DNA of 34,565 nucleotides from Dehalococcoidia bacterium (GTDB taxonomy: Bacteria; Chloroflexota; Dehalococcoidia; Dehalococcoidales; BS750m-G39): positions 1 to 34,565 of the forward strand of contig JAUWXS010000001.1 in the NCBI GenBank assembly GCA_030616265.1, written 5' to 3'. Below the pieces are notes generated by a model that worked only from the letters and a program-made list of their open reading frames with translations, made no database searches and was not told the origin of the DNA. A program made the translations under genes and the position numbers. Positions within the stretch are counted from its first letter, which is position 1. Each line of letters opens with the position of its first letter. Below, one piece after another: positions 24,974-33,666 of this stretch.

Positions 24974-25726
24974 ATGGGCAGGTTAGACGGAAAAGTAGCT
25001 ATCGTCACCGGCGGCGCCAAGGGTCTGGGCAAGGCCTTTTGCTTCGGCCTGGCTAAAGAAGGGGCTAAGGTAGTGATGGCGGCGCACCGCCTCGATACCG
25101 ATGAAGCCAAGCAGGCGGCTAAGGATATAGAAGCCAAAGGCGGTATGACGGTAGAGGTTGATGTCACTAATGAGGAGAGCACCAAACTCATGGCGGAGAA
25201 GGCGGTAAAGAAATTCGGGCGGATTGATAGTCTGGTCAACAATGCCGCCTTCTATTATGGGGCGGGCAGAAAGGCTTTCCACGAGATTTCGTCAGAAGAC
25301 TGGGATAAGGCGCTGGATGTAGGGGCCAAGGGGGCCTGGCTCTGCGCTAGAGCCGTATTCCCCTATATGAAGGAGCAGAATAAGGGCAAGATTATCAATC
25401 TCTCTTCAGATACCGCCTTCGCTCCGACCAAGGGGATGATTAACTATATTACCTCCAAGGCGGCCGTTGTCGGCATCACCCGCGTCCTAGCCGGAGAGCT
25501 GGGGAAATATAACATCTGCGTCAACGCCGTCGCCCCCGGTTACACCGATACCCCAGCCAGTTGGACTATCGGCAACGTGGCTAAGTTCGATACCAGCACT
25601 ACCCCTCTGGGGCGGGTCGGCAAACCCGAGGACATGGTCGGTGCCGTTGTCTTCTTCGCCAGCGACGAAAGCGACTTTATCAGCGGCCAGACACTGATAA
25701 TCGATGGTGGCCGGCGGGTGCACTAA
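24974..25726 (+). CDS. short-chain dehydrogenase/reductase (classical SDR), paralogue A1
   Basis: 250 aa from ATG 24974 (GAAGGAG RBS). The cofactor motif is TGGAKGLGKA, NNAA is present, and the catalytic motif is S...YITSKAAVVG. Confidence 0.88.
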   Translation: MGRLDGKVAIVTGGAKGLGKAFCFGLAKEGAKVVMAAHRLDTDEAKQAAKDIEAKGGMTVEVDVTNEESTKLMAEKAVKKFGRIDSLVNNAAFYYGAGRKAFHEISSEDWDKALDVGAKGAWLCARAVFPYMKEQNKGKIINLSSDTAFAPTKGMINYITSKAAVVGITRVLAGELGKYNICVNAVAPGYTDTPASWTIGNVAKFDTSTTPLGRVGKPEDMVGAVVFFASDESDFISGQTLIIDGGRRVH

Positions 25727-25817
25727 GCCAATAGAGCGATACAAATTCCTCCCCTCCCCCAATAATATTCAAGGTGTGCTACCTTTAGTCAAAAGCTCTA
25801 AACTGGAGAGGAGAAAA

Positions 25818-26249
25818 ATGGCAGAATACAAGCACAGCAAATACATCATCACCAAAACAAAGTCCGACCTGAAGCTCCCCGACTTCCGCCGCGAAGCCCT
25901 CAAAACCGCCGGCGACACCCGAACCGCCATGGCCTATCTCGACGACGACGTTATCAAGGGGGCTTTCTATGTAGAGTGCGTCTGGTTCTGGAAGGGTATG
26001 GAAAAACCCGAGGTGGAAGCCCACACCCACCCCTTCGACGAAGTCATCACCTTCTACGGCACCAACCCCGACGACCCGCAGGACCTCTGCGGCGAGGTTG
26101 AGATATGGCTGGAGGACGAGAAGCTCACGCTGACCAAGAGCTGCCTCATCTTCGTGCCCAAGGGGATGAAGCACTGCCCGTTGCATATCAAAAGGGTGGA
26201 CAGGCCTATCTTCCACTTCACCGCGGGACCAGCCAGCACCTACAAATAA
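25818..26249 (+). CDS. cupin-fold metal-binding protein
   Basis: 143 aa from ATG 25818 (GGAGAGGAG RBS). Cupin motif 1 is EAHTHPFDEVITFYG (HxH...E) and motif 2 is VPKGMKHCP (PxGxxH). Confidence 0.7.
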   Translation: MAEYKHSKYIITKTKSDLKLPDFRREALKTAGDTRTAMAYLDDDVIKGAFYVECVWFWKGMEKPEVEAHTHPFDEVITFYGTNPDDPQDLCGEVEIWLEDEKLTLTKSCLIFVPKGMKHCPLHIKRVDRPIFHFTAGPASTYK

Positions 26250-26272
26250 AACCTGGAAGGGACAGAGGAAAG

Positions 26273-27049
26273 TTGTTACTTCAGGGGAAGGTGGCGGTTA
26301 TTACCGGCTCAACCTCAGGCATCGGCCGGGCGGGGGCTATCGCCTTTTCTAAGGAAGGTGCCAGCGTCGTTATCAGCGGCCGCAATAAGGAGCGAGGCCA
26401 GAAAGTGGCCAGCCTGATAAAGGAGCAGGGCGGCCAGGCGCACTTTGTCCCCGCCGACATGCTGGCGATGGCTGATATTGAGCAATTGGTTAAAGCGGCG
26501 GTTGATACTTTCGGGCGTCTGGATATTTTCTGGCACAACGCCGGCATCGTCGGGCCCGACGACATTGAAAATATCAGCCAGGAGACCTACGATAAGATGA
26601 TGGCCGTGCACCTGAAAGCCGGCGTCTTCGGTGTTAAGTTCGCCCTTCCCCAGATGCGTAAAGCCGGAGGCGGGGCTATTCTCTTTACCAGTTCGGTGGC
26701 GGGGCTAAAGCAATCGGGCTACTCGCTGACCTATTCCCTAGCCAAGAGCGGGCTGGTAATGCTCACTCGTAAACTGGCCGTGGACTTGGCTAAGGATAAC
26801 ATCAGGGTTAACTGCCTCTGTCCGGGGCGGGTGCAAACGGGAATGAGACCAGACATCTCCCAGGAGAAGGCGCGGGCGCTGGGCATTACCGCCGAGGAGT
26901 GGGAAAAGAGGGACAAAAAGCGCATACCCCTGGGCCGGTTTGTCACCGAGGAAGAAGTGGCCGACGCCGCCTTGTTCCTGGTCTCAGACAGGGCTTCAGC
27001 CATTACCGGCGTTGCCCTCCCTGTTGACGGAGGCTTTCTGGCCGTATAA
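26273..27049 (+). CDS. short-chain dehydrogenase/reductase (classical SDR), type B
   Basis: 258 aa from TTG 26273 (GAGGAAAG RBS). The longer ATG 26105 start would overlap the cupin gene. Motifs are TGSTSGIGRA, HNAG and S...YSLAKSGLVM. Confidence 0.85.
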   Translation: MLLQGKVAVITGSTSGIGRAGAIAFSKEGASVVISGRNKERGQKVASLIKEQGGQAHFVPADMLAMADIEQLVKAAVDTFGRLDIFWHNAGIVGPDDIENISQETYDKMMAVHLKAGVFGVKFALPQMRKAGGGAILFTSSVAGLKQSGYSLTYSLAKSGLVMLTRKLAVDLAKDNIRVNCLCPGRVQTGMRPDISQEKARALGITAEEWEKRDKKRIPLGRFVTEEEVADAALFLVSDRASAITGVALPVDGGFLAV

Positions 27050-27073
27050 TTTTTGCTAAGAAAGGGGCTTAAA

Positions 27074-27826
27074 ATGGGCATGTTAGACAACAAGGTAGCC
27101 ATAGTAACCGGCGGCGCCAACGGGCTGGGCAAAGCCTACTGCCTGAGGATGGCTCAGGAAGGGGCTAATGTAGTGGTGGCTGATATCGCCGACAAGGAAG
27201 CGCAGGCGGTCGTCAGCGAAATCAAGGCGGCGGGCGGCACCGCCCTGGCCATAAAAGCCGATGTCACCTCCGAGGAAGCCACCAAAAATATGGCTGAGGA
27301 GGCGGTCAAAGCGTTTGGCCGCATCGATGTTCTGGTCAACAACGCCGGCTTCTACCACGGGATGTCGCGGAAGCCCTTTGACGAGATTTCGCTGGCTGAG
27401 TGGGACAAGATGATGGACGTCAGCGCCAAGGGCACCTGGCTATGCTGTAGAGCGGTATTCCCCCAGATGAAAAAACAGAATAAGGGCAAGATTATCAATG
27501 TATCTTCCGAGGCGTGCTTTGCCGCCACCAAGGGACTGATTCACTATACGGCGGCTAAGGCGGCCGTTATCGGCATCACCCGTGTCTTGGCTGGCGAGCT
27601 GGGGCAGTATAACATCTGCGTCAATGTCGTCGCCCCCGGTGTTATTGATACCCCCGGCACCAGGAGTTACATCAACATGGATAAGATGGACGCCAGCTCC
27701 GTGCCCATGAAGCGTTTCGGCCGACCCGAGGACATAGTTGGCGCCGTTGTCTTCCTTGCCAGCGATGACAGCGATTTTATCAGCGGGCAGACGCTGCTCA
27801 TTGATGGCGCGCGACGGGTGAACTAA
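27074..27826 (+). CDS. short-chain dehydrogenase/reductase (classical SDR), paralogue A2
   Basis: 250 aa from ATG 27074, the same length as A1 and collinear with it (KGKIINVSSEACFAATKGLIHYTAAKAAVIGITRVLAGELGQYNICVNVVAPG versus KGKIINLSSDTAFAPTKGMINYITSKAAVVGITRVLAGELGKYNICVNAVAPG). Confidence 0.88.
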   Translation: MGMLDNKVAIVTGGANGLGKAYCLRMAQEGANVVVADIADKEAQAVVSEIKAAGGTALAIKADVTSEEATKNMAEEAVKAFGRIDVLVNNAGFYHGMSRKPFDEISLAEWDKMMDVSAKGTWLCCRAVFPQMKKQNKGKIINVSSEACFAATKGLIHYTAAKAAVIGITRVLAGELGQYNICVNVVAPGVIDTPGTRSYINMDKMDASSVPMKRFGRPEDIVGAVVFLASDDSDFISGQTLLIDGARRVN

Positions 27827-27912
27827 TAAGGCGCTCACCCTTTAGCTTAGAGGCAAGATACTGTATAATACACAATACTGTTAAAAAATAAAGCCTTAAG
27901 GAGGATAAAGAT

Positions 27913-29631
27913 ATGGCCTGGACGTGGAACCTATACACCAGAGAATTCTGGCCGCAGCGGGACCTTAAGAAATACCCGCTGTGGTTCGTGAACCTGGCCC
28001 ACAGCTTCCCGGCCTGGACCCCCCTGTTCGGCTGGATGTGGGCCTATCCTTTAGCCCACGGTCTCTGCTACGGTATTAACGAGTCCTCGATACCTACCAT
28101 CAGGGGAAGCGAGACACGCAGCATCAACGGGTGCGCCCTGGCCAGCTCCCTCAGGATTAGCGATGAGGACGAGATTAAAGAAAGAGAAAAGAACTTCAAA
28201 AAGTTCATAACGGAGACCTACGCCCCCAACGCGGATAAGCTCTTCAAAGATATGGAAGACGAGCTGATAGGGCTTTGCCACAAAATCAGGACTTTCGATT
28301 ACGAGAATGCACGCCAATACGAGCTGTACAAGCTCTTCCGGGAGGCGGTGCAGATGCTCTACCGGGAGTGGGAGACCCATTTCTACCTGATGTACCCTGT
28401 TTATGAAGCCTACTGGCATTGCAACGATATTGCCGCGGAGTATGCCGGAATGAAGGAGTTTTCCCCCGCCTGGCACAAAATAATACGCGGCTATGATAAC
28501 GACCTCTTTGTCCAGGACAAGGCGCTCTGGGGGCTGCGCAGCCGCGCCATTGAGCTCAAGATTGACGATGTCTTCACCCAGAACCCAGCCGACAAGGTCA
28601 TCCCCGCCCTGAAGAAGACGGCGGCGGGCAAGGAGTGGCTGGAGAAAGACCTCAACGACTTCCTGGTGGTCAAGGGCTACGGCTGGCGCTCACCGCGGCT
28701 GATGGAGTTTATCGTGCCCTCGTGGTGGGAAGACCCCACCCCGGTTATCGCCCACATCCAGCAGTACCTGGCGCTGTCCAAGGACGCCAAGGCGCCCTTC
28801 CCGCTAGACGGCATCAGGCCTAAGCTGGTCAAGGAGAGGGAACAGCTGACTAAAGAGCTTATCGACAAGGTGAAAGCGGCTAAATACCCCGATATGGACT
28901 GGTTCCTGGCCACACTTAATATGGCTCAGAAGTCCAGTGCTTTCAGTGAGAGCCATGATGTCGCCTGGGAGCAGGGGTGCCATACCACCTTCCGCTACTG
29001 CGTAAGGAAGATCGGCGAGAAGCTGGTAAAGTTTGGTACAATCGAAGACCCTGACGACATGTTCTTCTTCATCCCCGACGAGCTGGAGCTGTTTATTATC
29101 TTCCCCGACTCATACGAAATCAAGGATATTGTCGCCGAACGCCGGACGACCTGGATAGCCCAGAAGGAATACAGGTCACGTCCGCATATTATTACCGACG
29201 GGCCGTTAACACCGGAAGACATAAACAAGCATATCGCCTCGGCTCACGATGCCATAGTGGCCAAGGTTGTGGCCGGGGATGCCCCTATCCCCAGGCCGGA
29301 GACGGGTGCTATCCTGTTCGGCAACTGCGGCAGCCCGGCCGGCACCGTCGAAGGCAGAGCCCACCTGGTGGTAACCAACGAGGATGTTTTTGCTACCCAG
29401 CCGGGCGACATTATAGTCTGTCCGGGTATGTCTTCGGGATGGACGCCGATACTGCCGCTGGTCAAGGGGATTGTCACCAACGGCGGCGGGTCATTAAGCC
29501 ATGCCGGTATTCACTGCCGCGAGTATGACATCCCGCTGGTATCGAACACGGGCAACGGCACCTTGGTTATCAACGAGGGCGACAAACTCAAGGTTGACGC
29601 TACTGAGGGGCTTGTCTTCCGGGTAAAATAG
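27913..29631 (+). CDS. PEP-utilizer (swivelling phospho-histidine) domain protein, PEP synthase / phenylphosphate synthase alpha-like
   Basis: 572 aa with a strong AAGGAGG RBS. The C-terminal mobile domain is PGDIIVCPGMSSGWTPILPLVKGIVTNGGGSLSHAGIHCREYDIPLV. I could not see an N-terminal GGKxxxL ATP-grasp motif. Confidence 0.75.
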   Translation: MAWTWNLYTREFWPQRDLKKYPLWFVNLAHSFPAWTPLFGWMWAYPLAHGLCYGINESSIPTIRGSETRSINGCALASSLRISDEDEIKEREKNFKKFITETYAPNADKLFKDMEDELIGLCHKIRTFDYENARQYELYKLFREAVQMLYREWETHFYLMYPVYEAYWHCNDIAAEYAGMKEFSPAWHKIIRGYDNDLFVQDKALWGLRSRAIELKIDDVFTQNPADKVIPALKKTAAGKEWLEKDLNDFLVVKGYGWRSPRLMEFIVPSWWEDPTPVIAHIQQYLALSKDAKAPFPLDGIRPKLVKEREQLTKELIDKVKAAKYPDMDWFLATLNMAQKSSAFSESHDVAWEQGCHTTFRYCVRKIGEKLVKFGTIEDPDDMFFFIPDELELFIIFPDSYEIKDIVAERRTTWIAQKEYRSRPHIITDGPLTPEDINKHIASAHDAIVAKVVAGDAPIPRPETGAILFGNCGSPAGTVEGRAHLVVTNEDVFATQPGDIIVCPGMSSGWTPILPLVKGIVTNGGGSLSHAGIHCREYDIPLVSNTGNGTLVINEGDKLKVDATEGLVFRVK

Positions 29632-29657
29632 ACCGCGGTAAGGGCAAGACGGATAAG

Positions 29658-29930
29658 ATGAGTGTGAGGGTTAAGCTACCGCCTATCCTGCAGGAGCCTA
29701 GCGGTGGTGTTGAGGCACCCGAGGTAAACGGGCGGACAGTCGGCGAATGCCTGGAGAGCCTAGAGGAACGGTTTCCCGGCATCAAAGACTACCTGTTCGA
29801 CAGGCAGGGTAAGCTGTTACGCATCTTCGGTATCTATCTCGACGCCGATGGTATCTACCCGGTAGAGCTGGATACGCCGATTAAGGACAACGACGAGATT
29901 GTTATTCTGAATTTTCTTATGGGAGGGTAA
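29658..29930 (+). CDS. MoaD/ThiS-family beta-grasp (ubiquitin-like) protein ending in Gly-Gly
   Basis: 90 aa. VKLPPILQE...GRTVGECLESL...DNDEIVILNFLMGG ends in the diglycine typical of sulfur carriers. The stop lies 1 nt before the AOR ATG. Confidence 0.75.
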   Translation: MSVRVKLPPILQEPSGGVEAPEVNGRTVGECLESLEERFPGIKDYLFDRQGKLLRIFGIYLDADGIYPVELDTPIKDNDEIVILNFLMGG

Positions 29931-29931
29931 A

Positions 29932-31773
29932 ATGCGGAGTTATACGGGCAAGCTTATACGGATTAACCTGAGCAACCGCCAGAGCCAAATTGAGGATATC
30001 CCCGAGCCATTGATGAAAAACTACCTCGGCGGGCGGGGGCTGGGGGTTAGATACCTCTATGACGAGCTTAAGCCGGGGGTAGAGCCTCTGGGGGCAGACA
30101 ACAAGCTCATCTTAATGATGGGCCCCCTGGGGGCGACGACGGCGATGTCGGTTTCCCGAATAGCGCTGGTGACCAGGAGCCCGCTTACCGGAACCATAGC
30201 CAAATCGGTGATGGGGGGCAACTTCGGGGCTTACCTGAAATTCGCCGGCTTTGACGGCATCATCGTCGAGGGCGAGGCTGATAAGCCGACCTATATCCAT
30301 ATTGATAAGGATGGAATTCACCTCCTGGATGCCGATGAGCTCTGGGGCTTGGATACCCAGGAGACTCACGCCAAACTGCGGGAGAGTCACGGCAAATCAA
30401 CCCAGGTCGCCTGTATCGGCCCGGCGGGAGAGAAGCTTGTCCGCTATGCCGTCGTTATCAGCGACCGCCGCTGCGGTGGGCGCACCGGCGTGGGCACGGT
30501 AATGGGCGCCAAGAAGCTAAAGGCGATTGCCGTAAACTCGTCGGGGCCCTTAAAAGTATACGACCCCGAGCAGTTCAAGAAAATAGCCCAGGGGCTGATT
30601 GCCGAGCTGAGGACAAGCCCCCGGCGCATTAAGATGAGCGACTTCGGCACGTCCTACCTGACGCTGGGCTTTGAGAAGATGGGCATCTTCCCCGTGAAGA
30701 ATTTTCAAGAAGGACAACTCGAGGGCGTGGAGAATATAGGCGATGCCGAACTGGCCAAAATAAAAACCAAAAACGACGGCTGCTACGGCTGCATGACCAA
30801 GTGCGGCCAGGTGCGTGAGGTAACCGAAGGCACCTATGCCGGCGCCGTAAGCGAGGGACCCGATTATGAGACCATCTGGTCGTTGGGGGGGAATCTGGCC
30901 AACACCGACCGGGGCTCGCTGATAGCGGCCGACTCTCTCTGTGATAAGCTCGGCCTGGATACCGTCAGCGCCGGTAATTCCATCGGCTTTGCCTATGAGC
31001 TATTCCAGAGGGGAATCATCACCAAGAAAGACACCGACGGGCTGGAGCTCAACTGGGGCAACCACGCCAATATGATGAAACTGTTGGCGAAAATCGCCAG
31101 CCGTGAGGGCTTCGGCGAGCTGCTCGGTGAAGGCACTAGGCGAGCCGCCGAGCAGATTGGTAAGGGGGCTGAAGACTACGCCATGCAGGTGAAGGGGCTT
31201 GAGCTCCCCGCCTACGAGCCCCGCGCCGTCAAGGGCTACGGGCTGATCCTGGCCACCTCGAACATAGGCGCCAACCACATGTACGGCCGACCCCGCGAAG
31301 ACCTGGCCGGCACCACCGACAGGTTCGCCGACGAAGGCAAGGGCAAAGCCATTAGCCGCGCCCAGATAGGGCAGGCGGTGGAAGACTCGGTTATTCAATG
31401 CAGCTTTGGCCCGGTCACCGGGCTTAACCCCGAATCGCGCAGCCAGCTACTGGTAGCCGCTACCGGCTTTAATGAGTTCGGCGACCCCGCCTACCTGACC
31501 CAGATAGGAGAGAGGGTCCTCTGCCTGGAGCGCTCCTTTAATGTGCGTGAAGGCTTCAACCGCAAGGACGACACCCTGCCCAAGAGAATGCTCACCGAGC
31601 CGCTGCAGAATGCCGGTCCGGCTACGGGGCAGGTGTTCAGGAAGCTGGATACCCTGCTCGACGAGTATTATGATGCCCTGGGCTACACCAGAGAAGGCAT
31701 ACCTTCCACGGAGAAGCTGAACCAGCTGGGGCTGGAGGGAGTGGCCAAGGACATCAAGAAACTGGGCAAGTAG
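29932..31773 (+). CDS. aor: tungsten-containing aldehyde:ferredoxin oxidoreductase family protein
   Basis: 613 aa. The AFOR N-terminus is GKLIRINLSN...YLGGRGLGVRYLY. The 4Fe-4S ligand motif is DGCYGCMTKC (CxxCxxxC) with a distal QCSFGP. The family-typical region GLELPAYEPR...YGRPRED is present. Confidence 0.9.
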   Translation: MRSYTGKLIRINLSNRQSQIEDIPEPLMKNYLGGRGLGVRYLYDELKPGVEPLGADNKLILMMGPLGATTAMSVSRIALVTRSPLTGTIAKSVMGGNFGAYLKFAGFDGIIVEGEADKPTYIHIDKDGIHLLDADELWGLDTQETHAKLRESHGKSTQVACIGPAGEKLVRYAVVISDRRCGGRTGVGTVMGAKKLKAIAVNSSGPLKVYDPEQFKKIAQGLIAELRTSPRRIKMSDFGTSYLTLGFEKMGIFPVKNFQEGQLEGVENIGDAELAKIKTKNDGCYGCMTKCGQVREVTEGTYAGAVSEGPDYETIWSLGGNLANTDRGSLIAADSLCDKLGLDTVSAGNSIGFAYELFQRGIITKKDTDGLELNWGNHANMMKLLAKIASREGFGELLGEGTRRAAEQIGKGAEDYAMQVKGLELPAYEPRAVKGYGLILATSNIGANHMYGRPREDLAGTTDRFADEGKGKAISRAQIGQAVEDSVIQCSFGPVTGLNPESRSQLLVAATGFNEFGDPAYLTQIGERVLCLERSFNVREGFNRKDDTLPKRMLTEPLQNAGPATGQVFRKLDTLLDEYYDALGYTREGIPSTEKLNQLGLEGVAKDIKKLGK

Positions 31774-31796
31774 GCTGGGTGGTCGGCGGCGTAGAA

Positions 31797-33029
31797 TTAG
31801 GTAGAGCCTTTAACCGCCAGTGTCTGGCCGCAGTGGGGGCACTTCACGCTGTTCCCCCTGAATTCGGGGGAGACCCTCAGCTTGGTGCCGCAGGGGCAGT
31901 GAACAGTCTTATAGTCATTGAGCCGCCACATCATGTCGGACGTCTCCCGGGCGCGCTCGACCTTCTGCGGTGATTTTTCCGCGGTCTTTGCCTCGGGTGA
32001 CGGCGCCCGCAGGGCGGCAGCGCCAGCCACCTTATCCAGAGCCAGCGCCGAGGCCGGGGCGATACCCGCCTTTCCCCCCCTCGCCTCCCGGTAAGCCCGG
32101 TCGTAGTCGGCCAGCGAAGCCCCCGACATGGCGCGCAGGATGCGTACTCTCTCTGAGATAGGCGGGTGGGTGCTGGTGAGGTTACTGGCGGCTCTCCCCT
32201 TCTGGCGGAAAGGGTTAATAGTGTACATCGGAGCCGTCGCCTGATTGGCTGATTTAAGCTGTATGGGTGAGGCGGAAATCTCCTCCAGTGCCGAAGCCAA
32301 CCCCTCGGGGTAGCGGGTGTAGAGGGCGGAAGAGGCGTCAGCCAGATATTCCCGCTTCCGGGAAACGGCGAAGTAGATAACCTGGGCCAAAATCGGCGCC
32401 AGTATCATAAGGAAAATGCCCACGGCCAGGATTATTATCTGCCCCTGCCCCCCGCCTCCCCCCGAACTCCTCCTGCCGCCGGCCATGCCGCCGAAGAAGA
32501 GTACCCGCGTGGCATACCAGGCCAGAATAACGATAGTGCCCAGCATAACGGCGCACATCGCCATCAGCAGCACGTCGCGGTTCTTGATGTGAGCCATCTC
32601 GTGGCCGATTACCCCCTGGAGTTCATCGCGGTTGAGCTTGGCCAGCAGCCCCGAGGTGACGGTAACCGACGCCTTGTTGGGGTCGCGCCCGGTGGCGAAG
32701 GCGTTCAGTGCCGGGTCGTCGATGATATAGATGTCGGGCATCTTCTCCAGACCCGAAGCGATTTTCATTTCCTCGACTATGTTGTAGAGGCGGGGGTTGT
32801 CGTCGCGACCTATCTTTCGGGCGCGCGACACCGCCAGCAGGAGACTATCGCCCTGGAAGTAGGCAATCAGGCTCATTATGCCCCAGACAGCCAGGGCGAT
32901 AATAAGCCCGATGATGGCGTTCTCGAAAAAGTACAGCCCCAGGAAATAGCCTATCAGGAGCAGCAGTATGCCCATGCCTGCGGTCAGGACCACCGACCGC
33001 CATCGATTAGCGCTAATCTGTTCCCACAT
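31797..33029 (-). CDS. M48-family (HtpX-like) membrane zinc metallopeptidase with a C-terminal zinc-ribbon extension
   Basis: 410 aa with TM helices. The HEXXH motif is GHEMAHIKNRD and REYLADA is downstream. A Gly-rich loop GGMAGGRRSSGGGGGQGQ is present. The C-terminal ribbon is CPCGTKLRVSPEFRGNSVKCPHCG. Confidence 0.85.
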   Translation of the reverse strand: MWEQISANRWRSVVLTAGMGILLLLIGYFLGLYFFENAIIGLIIALAVWGIMSLIAYFQGDSLLLAVSRARKIGRDDNPRLYNIVEEMKIASGLEKMPDIYIIDDPALNAFATGRDPNKASVTVTSGLLAKLNRDELQGVIGHEMAHIKNRDVLLMAMCAVMLGTIVILAWYATRVLFFGGMAGGRRSSGGGGGQGQIIILAVGIFLMILAPILAQVIYFAVSRKREYLADASSALYTRYPEGLASALEEISASPIQLKSANQATAPMYTINPFRQKGRAASNLTSTHPPISERVRILRAMSGASLADYDRAYREARGGKAGIAPASALALDKVAGAAALRAPSPEAKTAEKSPQKVERARETSDMMWRLNDYKTVHCPCGTKLRVSPEFRGNSVKCPHCGQTLAVKGST

Positions 33030-33047
33030 ATCTCGGGCGCTCTATCC

Positions 33048-33611
33048 TTATTTAAAACTAACCTTGGGCGCTTCCCTCTCTTCAGTCACCGTAACCTCGA
33101 AGAACTCACCCAGCTTAAAGCCGGTCATGGACGCCACCACGTTGGAGGGAAACATCTGGACCTTATTATTCATCCTCAAGACCGAATCATTGTAGTACTG
33201 GCGGGAAAAACCTATCTTATTCTCGGTTGAGGTCAGCTCCTCCTGGAGGGCCAGGAAATTCTGGTTTGCCTTCAGGTCGGGGTAGTTCTCCACTACCACC
33301 AACAGCCTGGCCAGGGCGCTGCTGAGCTCCCCCTCCGCCTTGGAACGGGCGCCGACATCGGTGGTGGAGAGGCTCTGCGCCAGATTTCGAGCCTTGGTTA
33401 CCGCCTCCAGCGTCCCCCGCTCGTGTTTCATATAGCCCTTAACCGTCTCTATCAGGTTGGGGATGAGGTCGTAGCGCCGCTTGAGTTGAACATCGATCTG
33501 AGCCCAGGCGTTACGCAACCGATTACGCAGTCCTATCAAGCGATTATAGGTAGCAATAAAGAAGATGATAAGTATCACCACGATAGCGCCGACAATATAG
33601 ATTGCAAACAT
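33048..33611 (-). CDS. lemA: LemA family membrane protein
   Basis: 187 aa with a single N-terminal TM helix. The LemA pattern is YNRLIGLRNRLRNAWAQIDVQLKRRYDLIPNLIETVKGYMKHERGTLEAVTKAR...YPDLKANQNFLALQEELTSTENKIGFSRQYYN. Confidence 0.88.
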   Translation of the reverse strand: MFAIYIVGAIVVILIIFFIATYNRLIGLRNRLRNAWAQIDVQLKRRYDLIPNLIETVKGYMKHERGTLEAVTKARNLAQSLSTTDVGARSKAEGELSSALARLLVVVENYPDLKANQNFLALQEELTSTENKIGFSRQYYNDSVLRMNNKVQMFPSNVVASMTGFKLGEFFEVTVTEEREAPKVSFK

Positions 33612-33647
33612 GGCAACCTCCTTTTACTGTTGTCTCGATTAAAACCA

Positions 33648-33664
33648 GGGCTCACTACGAGCCC
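33648..33664 (-). terminator. weak hairpin plus T-tract between the zinc-ribbon gene and lemA (attenuator or terminator-like)
   Basis: The minus strand reads GGGCTC-GTAGT-GAGCCC followed by TGGTTTTAAT. The stem is only 6 bp. Confidence 0.25.
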
Positions 33665-33666
33665 GG

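Noticed and set aside
26105-26272. An ATG start at 26105 for SDR-B that overlaps the cupin gene. The upstream starts 24899 and 27053 for the other SDRs are the same kind of case.
   Set aside because: The extensions overlap or abut neighbouring genes and add non-SDR sequence. The downstream starts (TTG 26273, ATG 24974, ATG 27074) sit right before the TGxxxGxG fold and have RBS-like purine tracts.
27859-27881. A direct repeat ATACTGT...ATACTGT flanking a TATAAT (27864-27869) upstream of the PEP-utilizer gene.
   Set aside because: The -10 hexamer is plausible, but I could find no acceptable -35. A 7-nt repeat in AT-rich spacer is not significant on its own.
29932-31773. Interpreting the AOR-family gene as BamB, the class II benzoyl-CoA reductase.
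   Set aside because: No BamC-I-type electron-transfer or heterodisulfide-reductase-like partners are adjacent. The sequence shows only generic AFOR motifs. The call cannot be made without phylogeny.
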